From Halorutilales archaeon Cl-col2-1 (GTDB lineage: Archaea; Halobacteriota; Halobacteria; Halobacteriales; Afararchaeaceae), in contig CP169074.1 of NCBI GenBank assembly GCA_041891055.1, forward strand, positions 448,001-512,000: a stretch of DNA of 64,000 nt, given 5' to 3'. The notes under the pieces were generated by a model, which was not told the origin of the DNA, searched no databases, and saw nothing but the letters and a program-made list of their open reading frames with translations. Position numbers and translations under genes: made by a program. Each line of letters opens with the position of its first letter. Position 1 is the stretch's first letter. This document shows, piece after piece, positions 39,961-50,176 of the stretch.

Positions 39961-41299
39961 GGCAGTAATTGTAAAACGCGTCGGCTCGGGCGAGACGGCT
40001 GACACGTCCGAGATAACCGAGTTATCTGAGTCGGCAGGGTACGAGATAGTCGGCGAAATCACACAGTCGAGGAAACAGGACCCCGCGTACCAGATAGGAC
40101 GCGGAAAGGCGGACGAAGTAGCGCGTCTCGCTGAGACGGAAGACGCCGACAAGGTGATATTCGACAATCAGCTCGGTCCTTACCAGGTCTACAACCTCGG
40201 AAACGTGATAGACGCCGAGGTCATAGACCGTTTCACACTCATACTTGAGATATTCGGGCAGAGGGCAGGAAGCCGGAAGGCTCAGCTTCAGGTCGAGCTC
40301 GCGGAACTCAGATACGAGCTACCGAGGGTAGACGCCAAGACTTCGCTCGCCAAACGTGACGAGAAGCCGGGTTTCATGGGTCTCGGAGAGTACGACGAGA
40401 AACGTAAGAGCGACATAAAGGACAGGATATCGAGGATACGTGACGAACTCGACTCTCTCGCCGACAAGGAAGAGGCGTGGAGACGTGAGAGACGTAACTC
40501 GGGATTCGAACTCGTCGCCCTCGCGGGATACACCAACGCCGGAAAGTCGACTCTGATGTCGAAGCTCGCCGAGGTCGACCCCGACGAGAACGAGAGCCAT
40601 CCCGACATAGACGAGACGGCGAAGTCGGAGAACCGTCTCTTCACGACGCTCGGAACGACTACGAGGAAGATGGAGGTTCCCGGCAGGGACGTCCTTCTGA
40701 GCGACACCGTCGGATTCATAAGCGACCTCCCCCACTGGCTCGTAGACAGCTTCAAGAGTACACTCGACGAAGTCTATCTCGCAGACCTCGTCCTCCTGGT
40801 TGTCGATGTCAGCGACCCTGTCGAGGAGATGCGTGAAAAGCTCGTGACCTCACACGACACTCTCTGGGACAGGGTCGAGGCTCCGATAGTCACTGTCTTC
40901 AACAAGGCTGATCTCGTCTCCGACGAGGAGCTTGAGACAAAGATACGTGAGGTCGAGTACCTCACACCTGAGCCCGTCGTCGTGAGTGCGAAGGAAGGCG
41001 AAGGTATTGATGAGATACTTTCGAGGGTCAAGGACGAGCTTCCCGACTGGGACGAGGCGGAGGTCTCACTCTCAATGGACGACGACGGAATGAGCACCGT
41101 CTCGTGGCTCTACGACAACGCCGAGGTCTTAGACGTCGAGTACGGCGACCAGATACGTGTCGAGTTCAAGGCACGTGACGAGATCATAGCCAAGGCATAC
41201 GACAGGTCAACGGTAGAGGTCGAACCCGCGCTCGAATCAGACGCCACCGAGACGGGAGAGATCCGGAGCCGCGCCCACGCCGAGACCCAGACCCGGTGA
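39941..41299 (+). CDS. hflX: GTPase HflX
   Basis: IGRGK, DRFTLILEIF, GYTNAGKST, DTVGFI, NKAD. Confidence 0.95.
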   Translation: MRDRKDKAVIVKRVGSGETADTSEITELSESAGYEIVGEITQSRKQDPAYQIGRGKADEVARLAETEDADKVIFDNQLGPYQVYNLGNVIDAEVIDRFTLILEIFGQRAGSRKAQLQVELAELRYELPRVDAKTSLAKRDEKPGFMGLGEYDEKRKSDIKDRISRIRDELDSLADKEEAWRRERRNSGFELVALAGYTNAGKSTLMSKLAEVDPDENESHPDIDETAKSENRLFTTLGTTTRKMEVPGRDVLLSDTVGFISDLPHWLVDSFKSTLDEVYLADLVLLVVDVSDPVEEMREKLVTSHDTLWDRVEAPIVTVFNKADLVSDEELETKIREVEYLTPEPVVVSAKEGEGIDEILSRVKDELPDWDEAEVSLSMDDDGMSTVSWLYDNAEVLDVEYGDQIRVEFKARDEIIAKAYDRSTVEVEPALESDATETGEIRSRAHAETQTR

Positions 41300-41362
41300 G
41301 AGATAAAGAAAGTATTAAAAAGAGGCAAGACAAACGGTTTAATGCGAAGAACGAAACACGGT

Positions 41363-41435
41363 GCCGCCATAGCTCAGCTGGTAGAGCACCTCGCTGTTAA
41401 CGAGGTAGTCCCAGGTTCGAGCCCTGGTGGCGGCG
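41363..41435 (+). tRNA. tRNA-Asn(GTT)
   Basis: GCCGCCA/TGGCGGC acceptor stem; CCTCG-CTGTTAA-CGAGG anticodon arm; GGTTCGA T-loop. Confidence 0.97.
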
Positions 41436-41477
41436 CTTCTCTTATACGTCGGTCTCACTTATTTACTCAATACATCC

Positions 41478-41912
41478 ATGAATCCGGACTCGGTCATAAT
41501 ATACGACGGCGAATGTCCCTTCTGTTCGACGGCTTCTAGGGCACTCGAAAGACTCGAAGACGTCGGTGCTGTCTCGTGGTACGACGACGAAGCCCAGTGG
41601 TTCCTCGAAGCCGAGTTCGGCGAGACGCCTTTCGTCCTCTTCCTCGTCGACTCTGAGGAAGGCAAGGTATACGCTGGAGGTGACGCCGCCGAGGAGCTAG
41701 CCGACAGAGCCGGGCTTCCGGGTCTCGTGGGCGACCTTTTGGGCGACAGGTACGAGACGGTCTCGGAGGTCATACGTAAGGTCACTCGAACCGAGGGGAG
41801 TCCAGAGAGCTTCGACGGTGTCTACGAAATAGAAGACGAGGCGAACGATCTCTTCGACGAACTAGCCGAGGTGTCGGAGACGGCTGAGGACAGAAGGCGG
41901 GACACATCTTAG
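41478..41912 (+). CDS. DUF393/DCC1-like thiol-disulfide oxidoreductase
   Basis: IYDGECPFC motif. Confidence 0.85.
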   Translation: MNPDSVIIYDGECPFCSTASRALERLEDVGAVSWYDDEAQWFLEAEFGETPFVLFLVDSEEGKVYAGGDAAEELADRAGLPGLVGDLLGDRYETVSEVIRKVTRTEGSPESFDGVYEIEDEANDLFDELAEVSETAEDRRRDTS

Positions 41913-41972
41913 CTTAATTAACCCGAAGCGTCAGACGAAACTGTCTTCTACTTAGACAGTTAAATCGGAACC

Positions 41973-43280
41973 ATGGACGCGGTTCTTCTCGGATCGGTAG
42001 GTCTCCGAGTCGTCGGGGTCGTCTACTCTATCTATCTTCTCTACCAGGTCGGTGACCCACGTTTCGGCTACCTGACTCTGATGCTGTCCCTCATGGCTAC
42101 GCGTCAGATTCTCACGTACCTCAATCTCCTGCCACAGTCCCTGACAGAGCTACCGGGTCTCGTGGTCAGTTTTCTCGCACTGGTTCTAGTATACTACCTC
42201 GTCGAGTACACCGACCATGAAGCCGAGATGCAGGAAGCTCTTAGGGAAAGAAACGAGAAGCTCAACGAGTTTCGGAAAGCCATCGAGCACGCGGGGCACT
42301 CGATCTACATAACAGATGACGACGGAAGGATAGAGTACGTCAACGAGGAGTTCGAGGAGACGACAGGATACTCGGAGGAAGAAGTAGTCGGCGGGTCTCC
42401 CGAGATACTCAAGTCAGGGAAGCAGGACGAGAAGTACTACGACAGGCTCTGGAGGACTCTGAGAGAGGGTGAAGTATGGGAGGAGAAGATAATCAACCGC
42501 AGGAAGGACGGTAAGATCTATACGGCGTACCAGACAATAGCACCCGTCGAGAACGACGAGGGCGAGATCACTAAGTTCGTCGCGGTTCAGTCGGATATTA
42601 CAAAGAGGGAGATGCGTGAACAGCGTCTCGAAGTTCTTCACAGGATACTCCGACATAATCTGCGTAACTCTCTCAATCTCATAAAGGGAAACGTCGAGAT
42701 ACTCCTCGACGAGATCGACGACGACTACTGTGAGGAGAAGCTCGTCGAGATATCTGAGAGTGCAGACAGCCTCGTCGAACTCAGTGATAAGACGGAGGAG
42801 ATCAACGAGACTATCGAGTTCGTGAGAAACGCCGAGACAGACACGAGACGTGTCTCCGAAATAGTAGACGAGGCGGTCGAGAATCTGTGCGAGAGATATC
42901 CCGAAGCCAACGTGTCGGTCGAGTACTCTGACGACGTCGCGGAGAGACGTCTCCCCGTGGTTCTGGGATCGGCTGTCGAGGAGGTCGTCGAGAACGGCGT
43001 GCTACACAACGACTCCGGGAGACCGTGTGTCTCAGTCGAAGTCTCGGAAGAGGACGGCGGAGACAGAGTCAGGATAGACATCGACGACAACGCCGGCGGA
43101 ATTCCCGAGTACGAGAGGGAGGTTCTCAGAACCGGCGAGGAGACCCCTCTGATACACGGAAGCGGCCTCGGTCTCTGGTTCGTCTACTGGATACTCAGAA
43201 TGGTGGGTGGAAGCATAGAGATAGAAGACACTGAGGCGGGAAGTAGGGTGAGTCTTCTGGTTCCGACACCGTCGGAGTGA
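41973..43280 (+). CDS. 3-TM PAS sensor histidine kinase
   Basis: PAS (YVNEEFEETTGY, ILKSG), RHNLRN, HGSGLGL. Confidence 0.92.
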   Translation: MDAVLLGSVGLRVVGVVYSIYLLYQVGDPRFGYLTLMLSLMATRQILTYLNLLPQSLTELPGLVVSFLALVLVYYLVEYTDHEAEMQEALRERNEKLNEFRKAIEHAGHSIYITDDDGRIEYVNEEFEETTGYSEEEVVGGSPEILKSGKQDEKYYDRLWRTLREGEVWEEKIINRRKDGKIYTAYQTIAPVENDEGEITKFVAVQSDITKREMREQRLEVLHRILRHNLRNSLNLIKGNVEILLDEIDDDYCEEKLVEISESADSLVELSDKTEEINETIEFVRNAETDTRRVSEIVDEAVENLCERYPEANVSVEYSDDVAERRLPVVLGSAVEEVVENGVLHNDSGRPCVSVEVSEEDGGDRVRIDIDDNAGGIPEYEREVLRTGEETPLIHGSGLGLWFVYWILRMVGGSIEIEDTEAGSRVSLLVPTPSE

Positions 43281-43286
43281 GAAGGA

Positions 43287-43799
43287 TCAGAACTCGACAT
43301 CTGAGACGTCGAACCCGTCTTCGGCGGGCGACACCTCGTCAATCTCTATGTCTTCGAGATGAAGTGCGGCGTTACAAGGCTCAGTGAGCCAGGGCTTCAT
43401 GCTGACGTAACGTTCTAGGTCGAAGTCCCTGTCCCAGTCCTGTTCGGCTATCGGCACGTTGGGTTTTCCGACGAGGGTTCCCGTCACGAGAGCCTGTATC
43501 CCCGAGTCGTTGAGATGGCTCTCGTCTATCTCCTCGACACGGCAGTCAGAACACCGCGACTCTATGTAAGTCGTGCCGTATTCGTCTATGTTGACAAGTA
43601 TCTGAAGCTCATCGTACTCGTCAACGTCACCGATTCCGTCTTCGTGTATGTTACACGTAGCCGTCGATGGCTCCCTGTCGAAGCCGACGTACTCTCCGTC
43701 TACGACAGTCTCGACTATCTCCTCGGCGTCGTCTCTGCGTGTCGGGTTCCAGTCAGTCTTCGGCTGAGACTGTGACTCTGACTGTGACTCGGTATCCAT
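43287..43799 (-). CDS. Hypothetical acidic protein with CxxH...CxxC
   Basis: Starts 5 nt after the KH gene stop; CNIH and CSDC. Confidence 0.65.
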   Translation of the reverse strand: MDTESQSESQSQPKTDWNPTRRDDAEEIVETVVDGEYVGFDREPSTATCNIHEDGIGDVDEYDELQILVNIDEYGTTYIESRCSDCRVEEIDESHLNDSGIQALVTGTLVGKPNVPIAEQDWDRDFDLERYVSMKPWLTEPCNAALHLEDIEIDEVSPAEDGFDVSDVEF

Positions 43800-43804
43800 T
43801 CACC

Positions 43805-44350
43805 TCACCTCTCGTAGTACTCTATGGCGTTTCTCTTTAGCTCGCGGCGTTTCTCCTCTAAGAACGAGTAGACAGTGCCGTGGGGTGCTCCGTCGAGTAT
43901 CATCTCCGCCGCAGTCATCGCCACGTCGACCTGTTCATGCGTACCTATAACTCCGAAGGTGTTCCCGTAGATACGTACCTCGGCACCCGTGAGATCCTCC
44001 ATTAGCTCACGTGTCTTCCCGTTCCTGCCTATGAGACGCCCCTTCTGTGACCTGCGTTCGGAGTCGCTTCCGGTGGCTTTCTTGAGGTCGATGGTCTCGA
44101 AGACCATCATCTCGTTTTCGAGTAGCTTGAGTGCCGACTCAGGCGGAAATCCTCTCCCGATAGCCTTGACTATGTCGGAGCCCTTGAGTCCCTTTATGGG
44201 GTCACCCGTCTTGTCTATTCTGACGCTCCCGCTGTCGGAGTCGACTGTGAGAGAGACCTCGGCGGCTTCCTCTATCTCTCTCTTGGTCTCACCTCCCTCT
44301 CCTATTATAACACCTATCCTGTCCTGTGGTATCTTTATGTGTTGTGACAT
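43805..44350 (-). CDS. KH-domain ribosome biogenesis protein (Dim2/Pno1-like)
   Basis: IGVIIGEGG, AIGRGF, GRLIGRNGK, GAPHGTVY. Confidence 0.93.
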   Translation of the reverse strand: MSQHIKIPQDRIGVIIGEGGETKREIEEAAEVSLTVDSDSGSVRIDKTGDPIKGLKGSDIVKAIGRGFPPESALKLLENEMMVFETIDLKKATGSDSERRSQKGRLIGRNGKTRELMEDLTGAEVRIYGNTFGVIGTHEQVDVAMTAAEMILDGAPHGTVYSFLEEKRRELKRNAIEYYER

Positions 44351-44410
44351 AATATCGTAGAACTGAGTTGTCTCGGAGTAGGTGTCCTACCGACTTAACC
44401 CTTTTGAGGC

Positions 44411-45226
44411 TCAAGTCTCGGTTACGTCTTCGAGTATCGCGTCGGCGTCGACTTCGACGCCCCTCGACGAGAAGAACCGCGCGACGTTACGGCAGTCGCG
44501 TTCCAAGAAGTCGCGCGAGTTGGGATGGTGGATCGTAACCGCCTGTCCGACGTCTATAATCACTATATCGCCCTCGTGTACGAGTATGTTGTACTCGCTC
44601 AGGTCGCCGTGTACGAGACCTGCGGAGTAGAGACGCCTCATGTACTCGACGACGACATCGAGGGCGGTCTCGGGGTTCTCAAGTCTGACCTCCTTTAGCG
44701 TCGGAGCCCTTTCTTCGTTCCTGCCTATGAACTCCATTACGAGGACGTTTCTCTGTACAGCGATAGGGCTCGGGACTCTCACGCCCGCCTCCCTGGCTCT
44801 CTTGAGGTTCGAGAACTCCTTCTTCGTCCACGCTATCACGGTGTCTTTCTTGTCATTCTTGACGCCCTCGAACCTCGGATCGCCCTCGAAGTAGTCCCTC
44901 ATGTCGCGGAAGTTCGAGGTCGCGACCCTGTATATCTTGAGTGCGACGCTCCCCTCTTCACCGTCTGCCTCGAAGACGTTCGCCTCCTTCCCCGTCGAGA
45001 CCGGGGCTCCGACTGCGTCTACGTAGCCGTCCTCGACGAGCTTATAGACCGCCTTGAGAGTCGGGACGTCGAAGACCTCTGCCTCCGTGTCGTAGTCCTC
45101 CGAGTCCTCTATCCTCTCCCTGAACCTGTCTATCTCGTCTGCCCACTCGCGCTCCTTTTCGAGAGTAATCTCATCACGTACTGTGATTCTTTCCCATCCG
45201 AAACCGTTCTCTGATACGTCTTCCAC
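44411..45226 (-). CDS. rio1: Serine/threonine kinase Rio1
   Basis: STGKEANV, LVHGDLSEYNIL, IDVGQAV. Confidence 0.95.
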   Translation of the reverse strand: MEDVSENGFGWERITVRDEITLEKEREWADEIDRFRERIEDSEDYDTEAEVFDVPTLKAVYKLVEDGYVDAVGAPVSTGKEANVFEADGEEGSVALKIYRVATSNFRDMRDYFEGDPRFEGVKNDKKDTVIAWTKKEFSNLKRAREAGVRVPSPIAVQRNVLVMEFIGRNEERAPTLKEVRLENPETALDVVVEYMRRLYSAGLVHGDLSEYNILVHEGDIVIIDVGQAVTIHHPNSRDFLERDCRNVARFFSSRGVEVDADAILEDVTET

Positions 45227-45446
45227 GGGGAGTGTACGGAAGTCAAGGACAAAGGCGTACTGATACGCGTACTGGTACCAACTATCTACGTAGTACTATC
45301 CTATTAATATTCAACCATTTATACTCTGACTCCACTGTTTCAGACGTAAATGCCCCTCGTGGGGGTGGGGGTATTACGGAAACTACTGTAAGTTCCGAAA
45401 CAGTCTTTCCCCAAACATCTGCAGCCGCATTCTCCTTCTTTTCGGA

Positions 45447-46148
45447 TCAGAATACGAACGTTCTCAGACCGTACCTTTCGGCTGTCTCGGGTGAGATAGA
45501 GTCGCCCGTGTAGTCGACGACACCGTCCTCCAGAACTGCGATACTGTCTCCGACTTCGAGACCGAATCCGGTGTCATGTGTCGATATCACGAGAGTTATT
45601 CCCTTCTTCGAGAGCTTCTCGACTATCTCGACTATGGCGTCACAGCCCTCTCCGTCGAGTCCCGCTGTGGGCTCGTCGAGTAACACGTAGTCGGGCTCCA
45701 TGACTAAGACGCCCGCGAGAGCGACACGTTTCTTCTCGCCACCGCTGAGTGTGTTACAGAGGCGGTCGCCGTATCCCGAAATTCCCATGGTTTCGAGAGC
45801 TTCTTCTACGCGTCCGTCGTCCTCGATACCGGCGTTCTTCAAGCCGAACCTCACGTCCTGGGAGACGGTCGGAGCTATTATCTGGTCGTTGGGGTCTTGG
45901 AAGACATAGCCGACCCTCTGACGCAGATCTTCGAGGCTGTCGTCGTCGTATCTGACTTTTTCGCCACCGACATAGACTTCTCCCGAGTCGGGCTCCAGGA
46001 GACCGTTGAAATGACGGAGTAAGGTCGACTTCCCCGCACCGTTTTTCCCCATGAGAACGGTCACCTCTCCCGACTCTGCCTTGAAGTCGGTGCCGTTGAG
46101 TACTGTGTCGTCGCCGTATCCGAAGACTAGATCACGCGTCTCTATCAT
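45447..46148 (-). CDS. cbiO: Cobalt ECF transporter ATPase
   Basis: [34 protein letters not shown]. Confidence 0.9.
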   Translation of the reverse strand: MIETRDLVFGYGDDTVLNGTDFKAESGEVTVLMGKNGAGKSTLLRHFNGLLEPDSGEVYVGGEKVRYDDDSLEDLRQRVGYVFQDPNDQIIAPTVSQDVRFGLKNAGIEDDGRVEEALETMGISGYGDRLCNTLSGGEKKRVALAGVLVMEPDYVLLDEPTAGLDGEGCDAIVEIVEKLSKKGITLVISTHDTGFGLEVGDSIAVLEDGVVDYTGDSISPETAERYGLRTFVF

Positions 46149-46888
46149 CAGACCACCAGTGTCGACGAGAGCAAGAGGAGTATCATAGCCGCGTATACGT
46201 GTCCCGAGCTCTGTCTGCGTGGACTCGGCATCTCGCCCGAGTACGATCTCGATCTCATCGACTCTTCCATCCTCTCTGCCCTCGTTAGTGATTTCAGAAA
46301 GAGGGAGAAGCCGATTAGCTTTGTCGATCTGAAGAGAGAAAGTCTGTCGGAGTAGCCGAGACGTGACCTAGCCGCAGTCTGGAGCCTCTCCGACTCTTCG
46401 GTGAGTATCTGTATTCCTCGGTAGGTCAGAAGGCAGAACTCGACGAAGAAATCAGGGAGACGTAGTCTCTTGAGTGCCGAGAAGGTCACGGGAACCGTCG
46501 TCGTGAGTATGAAGTAGACGAGAACTGACAGCGATGCCCCTGATCTGACCGCAGTCGTGACCCCTCTTTCGACTCCTCTGTCCGAGAAACGTAAGACGAA
46601 GTCGAAGATGAGAGGAACCGAGAAAGCCGTCTCCCCCGAGGTAAAGACGAGTATCACGCCTATACTCGGCACCGCGAAGTAGATGGGGAGACGGACGAAG
46701 TCGAGGTAGTCACGTCCAACTGCGTGGAGGCCCAGTGTTACGAAGACCCCAGCTGTGGCTAACTTTGTCAGACGGCTCGGAGCAGCGACGGCTAAGACGA
46801 GACCCGCGAGCGAGAAGTAGACGTTTAGCTCTCCGTCTACAAGAGGGGTAGAGGACGACTGTGTCTTCTCCAGGCTCGCGTGGTGCAT
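46148..46888 (-). CDS. cbiQ: Cobalt ECF transporter T component
   Basis: LTT, LTYR, A..SRLGY, SM.SR.Y motifs. Confidence 0.88.
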   Translation of the reverse strand: MHHASLEKTQSSSTPLVDGELNVYFSLAGLVLAVAAPSRLTKLATAGVFVTLGLHAVGRDYLDFVRLPIYFAVPSIGVILVFTSGETAFSVPLIFDFVLRFSDRGVERGVTTAVRSGASLSVLVYFILTTTVPVTFSALKRLRLPDFFVEFCLLTYRGIQILTEESERLQTAARSRLGYSDRLSLFRSTKLIGFSLFLKSLTRAERMEESMRSRSYSGEMPSPRRQSSGHVYAAMILLLLSSTLVV

Positions 46889-46907
46889 CTATGTAATAAC
46901 TGTTTGT

Positions 46908-47231
46908 CTACGTCTGAGTCTGTGACGCGTCTGTCGAAGTCGTCTCTGTCTCTGTCTCTTCGGGCTCCGAGCCTCTGAATCTGCCGAGGTAGTAGCCTAT
47001 CGCGAGCCCTCCTACCGCCGCCTGTAACGAGAAGAGGAGACTCTCTATCTCGCCGCTCGGCGGTGTCCAGACGGGGTTGAACCACGGCTCATAGCCCGGG
47101 CTGATCTGGTTTATGCCCTCCTGTGCCTGACCGTCGGCTCCTCCCCAGGCTGCCGAAGACATCACGAAGCTTCCGACTACGAGGACTGCGAGGAGTCCGA
47201 TCCCTATGGCGGCGTATCCTCTCCCCTTCAT
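46908..47231 (-). CDS. cbiN: Cobalt transport protein CbiN
   Basis: WGGADG...GYEPWFNPVWTPPSGEIESLLFSLQAA. Confidence 0.93.
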   Translation of the reverse strand: MKGRGYAAIGIGLLAVLVVGSFVMSSAAWGGADGQAQEGINQISPGYEPWFNPVWTPPSGEIESLLFSLQAAVGGLAIGYYLGRFRGSEPEETETETTSTDASQTQT

Positions 47232-47887
47232 GCCGGGACCCCCATGCGTTTTCTGACTGAGTCCTTAGCCTTGACGAGGTATCCCACGACAGCCGCCGCG
47301 AGTGCCCCCTCGACTATGCCTATCGGAATCTGAGTCACCGCGAATATTCCCATGAACCGAGCCGCCGAAGACATTATTCCGTCGATACCCGCCTCCGACG
47401 GGAACGCGACTGCTAACTGTAACGACGTAAAGACGTAGGTCGTCCAGTCGGTGACCACCGCAGCGACAAAGGTCGACTTACGTATGTCGGTTCGGGGTCT
47501 GACGAGCTTATAGGCTCCGTAGCCGACGAAGGGTCCTATGACACCCATCGAGGCGACGTTCGCTCCGAGTGTCGTGATTCCGCCATGAGCCAGAAGTAAC
47601 GACTGGTATAGTAAGACGACAGCCGAGAGGAAGGAAGTCACCACGGGACCGAAGAGGACGACTGCGAGACCGGTTCCCGTGGGATGTGACGTACTGCCGG
47701 TTACCGACGGCATCTTGAGAGCCGAGAGGACGAATATGAAACCCGCCGAGACGGCTAAGAGAGCCTTCGACCTCGAACTGTCCATCGACTTTGCTGTCTT
47801 GTACGCTCCGTATCCGACGAAGGGAGCCGCGACTACGTACCATGCCGCAGCCCACTCTACGGGTAGAAACCCTTCCATTATGTGCAT
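47228..47887 (-). CDS. cbiM: Cobalt ECF S component CbiM
   Basis: MHIMEGFLP N-terminus; GSTSHPTG, AHGG. Confidence 0.95.
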   Translation of the reverse strand: MHIMEGFLPVEWAAAWYVVAAPFVGYGAYKTAKSMDSSRSKALLAVSAGFIFVLSALKMPSVTGSTSHPTGTGLAVVLFGPVVTSFLSAVVLLYQSLLLAHGGITTLGANVASMGVIGPFVGYGAYKLVRPRTDIRKSTFVAAVVTDWTTYVFTSLQLAVAFPSEAGIDGIMSSAARFMGIFAVTQIPIGIVEGALAAAVVGYLVKAKDSVRKRMGVPA

Positions 47888-48029
47888 GTCCGTGTCACCA
47901 CACCCCCTTCTACCAGAGAAGGGATTAAAACAATTTTGGTTGAACTAATACAAATGAAGTTTAATTCAGGGAGCGTGAGACGAGGCTCGTCGAGGTCAAA
48001 ATAAAAAAGAGTCTGTCGTCTGTCCCGTC

Positions 48030-48707
48030 TTACTCTTCTTCTAGGTCGGTAAGGCAGAACCACCAGTCCTTACAGTCGTAGCCCTCTGCCTCGGCTTCTG
48101 CGAGTCTGTCCTCGGCGTCCTGGTCGCTGCCGGGCGGCGGAACAAGAACCTGGTCGCCGAAGTTCTGGTTCTCGGGCCAGTCGGCGGGTGTGGCGACTCC
48201 TTCATCGTCGCTCGTCTGGAGTGCTTCGAGCGATCGGAGTATCTCGTCTATGTTACGTCCGATCTCGAAGGGGTAGTAGAGAGTGAGACGTAGGACACCG
48301 TCGGGGTCGACTATGAAGACCGCACGTACTGTCGACGATCCCATTCCAGGATGGAGCATTCCGAGCTCCTGTGCGACTCCACCCATCTCGTCGGCTATTA
48401 TGGGGAAGCCTATGTCTACGCCTATCTCCTCCTCTATCCAGTCGGTCCATTTGATGTGGGAGTGGACGCGGTCGACCGAGAGACCTATGAGGTTCGCGCC
48501 TAACTCCTCGAACTCGTCACGTCTCTGTTCGAACGCGATGAACTCGGTCGTACAGACGGGCGTGAAGTCACCGGGGTGGCTGAAGAGCACGAACCACTCG
48601 CCCTCGTACTCGTCGGGGAGCTTCATCTCTCCGTGTGTTGTGGATACTTCGACTTCGGGGAACCTGTCACCAAGCAGCGGCATCGTGGGTTTTTCTTCTG
48701 ACATCAT
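48030..48707 (-). CDS. Peroxiredoxin (archaeal Prx6/TdxH type)
   Basis: FSHPGDFTPVCTTE, GRN..E, CKDWWFC. Confidence 0.95.
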   Translation of the reverse strand: MMSEEKPTMPLLGDRFPEVEVSTTHGEMKLPDEYEGEWFVLFSHPGDFTPVCTTEFIAFEQRRDEFEELGANLIGLSVDRVHSHIKWTDWIEEEIGVDIGFPIIADEMGGVAQELGMLHPGMGSSTVRAVFIVDPDGVLRLTLYYPFEIGRNIDEILRSLEALQTSDDEGVATPADWPENQNFGDQVLVPPPGSDQDAEDRLAEAEAEGYDCKDWWFCLTDLEEE

Positions 48708-48859
48708 ACTACTACACGTGTGGAGAGGACTTAAAGCTTACTCAACGCAAGAAATATTCGCAATTCCACATTCGTAATTATCCTATAGGAAAAGATATTT
48801 TATATTAGGCAAACTACATTCTCCGGTGGACTTTTCGTCGACGAAACCAAGACATATTC

Positions 48860-49399
48860 ATGGAATCCGACTGGGAAGAACGCATAAGAGCGATGAGGGA
48901 CGAGAAAGACGACTTCTTCGGGAGTTCGCGCAGGTCACCTATACCTGCCGACGAACGCGACGACTTCGACGGTCTCAACTACTTCGAACCCGACCCCGAC
49001 TACCGTTATGAGCTGAAGCTCGACGAGTTCGACGACAAGAGCGTGGTCGAGATAGGCACGACGGAGGAGGGTGAGAGGAAGTACCTCGACTGGGGAGTCT
49101 TCAGTTTTACTGTCGACGGAGAGGACTGTGAGCTACACGCTTACAAGAGCGACCCCGACGAGAGCCGTCTCTGGGTTCCCTTCAGGGACGAGACCAACGG
49201 AGACGAGACCTACGGCGCGGGGAGATACCTCGACCTCGACGAGGATAGCCACAGGCTCGACGATGACAGATGGATACTCGACTTCAACCAAGCCTACAAC
49301 CCTTTCTGTGTCTACTCCGACGACTACGAGTGTGCTCTCATACCCACGACCAACTGGCTAGACGTAAGTATAGAGGCGGGAGAAAAGAGCTACAAGTAA
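48860..49399 (+). CDS. DUF1684 domain protein
   Basis: PFRDETNGDETYGAGRYL, DFNQAYNPFC, AGEK. Confidence 0.92.
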   Translation: MESDWEERIRAMRDEKDDFFGSSRRSPIPADERDDFDGLNYFEPDPDYRYELKLDEFDDKSVVEIGTTEEGERKYLDWGVFSFTVDGEDCELHAYKSDPDESRLWVPFRDETNGDETYGAGRYLDLDEDSHRLDDDRWILDFNQAYNPFCVYSDDYECALIPTTNWLDVSIEAGEKSYK

Positions 49400-49406
49400 T
49401 AAAAAG

Positions 49407-49604
49407 CTACCTCTTCCTTACGACCTGTTTCGAGATCTTTCTCTGTGTGCCGCTGGGATGCTCTAAGAGAACGACCGAGTCACCGTCTATCTCACGTACC
49501 TCGCCCTTCCTGTCGGTACCGTCCTTCCAGTGGAAGACGACCCTGTCGTGGGGGTATAGTTTTTCGGGGCTGTGAAGCTCTGACTCGTGTTCTTGGGCTT
49601 TCAT
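49407..49604 (-). CDS. Small SH3-like protein, paralogous to the C-terminal domain of 7655..8098
   Basis: YPHDRVVFHWKDGTDRKGEV; TATA-like TTAATAT upstream. Confidence 0.65.
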   Translation of the reverse strand: MKAQEHESELHSPEKLYPHDRVVFHWKDGTDRKGEVREIDGDSVVLLEHPSGTQRKISKQVVRKR

Positions 49605-49729
49605 CTGACATCTATCTCTAAGTAGTCTGACATATTAAGCCTTTCCTCGGCTCTGATTCTCCTTCAGTATATACGTTCGGATTCGTCTTCTGTCAGACAG
49701 TATAAGTAGCTAGCCCACGAAGATAAGGT

Positions 49730-50131
49730 ATGTCGAAGTACGAGGATCAGCTTGAGCGTGCTTTATCTGAAGCTTCCGAGACTGAAGAGATAGGTAGGTT
49801 CTCTCTTCCCGAGCCCGACGTGAGACAGGAGGGCAACACGACAGTCTACGAGAACTTCCAGGACTTCGTCCAGACGGTCGACAGAGACGAGAACGACGTC
49901 TTGGAGTTCCTCCAGAGAGACATGGGAACGAGCGCACACCTCGACGAGAAGGGACGCGCACGTCTCGTCGGAGACTTCAACGCCGGACGTATAATGGAAG
50001 CAGTCGAGGAGTTCACCGACAAGTACGTTATCTGCCCCGAGTGTGGCTCTCCTGACACACGTCTCGAAGGCGACGACGAGAACCTCTCGATAAAGTGTGA
50101 GGCGTGTGGCGAGAAGTCGCCCGTAGAGTAG
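49730..50131 (+). CDS. Translation initiation factor aIF-2 beta
   Basis: YEDQLERA, EGNTT..ENF, YVICPECGSPDT...CEACG. Confidence 0.95.
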   Translation: MSKYEDQLERALSEASETEEIGRFSLPEPDVRQEGNTTVYENFQDFVQTVDRDENDVLEFLQRDMGTSAHLDEKGRARLVGDFNAGRIMEAVEEFTDKYVICPECGSPDTRLEGDDENLSIKCEACGEKSPVE

Positions 50132-50176
50132 TACCGCCCCCATAACTAATACTCCTGGAGTCTTTTCTTGTGTTGT

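Noticed and set aside
41363-41435. tRNAs as integration sites of islands
   Set aside because: No integrase and no duplicated tRNA 3' end seen for either tRNA.
45337-45371. GTTTCAGACG...CCCTCGTGGGG resembles a haloarchaeal type I-B CRISPR repeat
   Set aside because: Single copy with extra internal bases, no GAAGC-type end, no spacers and no cas genes; an ORB-like reading fits better.
47922-47951. NikR-like operator upstream of cbiM
   Set aside because: Half-sites are imperfect and spacing is 18 nt rather than the canonical 16; no cobalamin riboswitch is recognisable.
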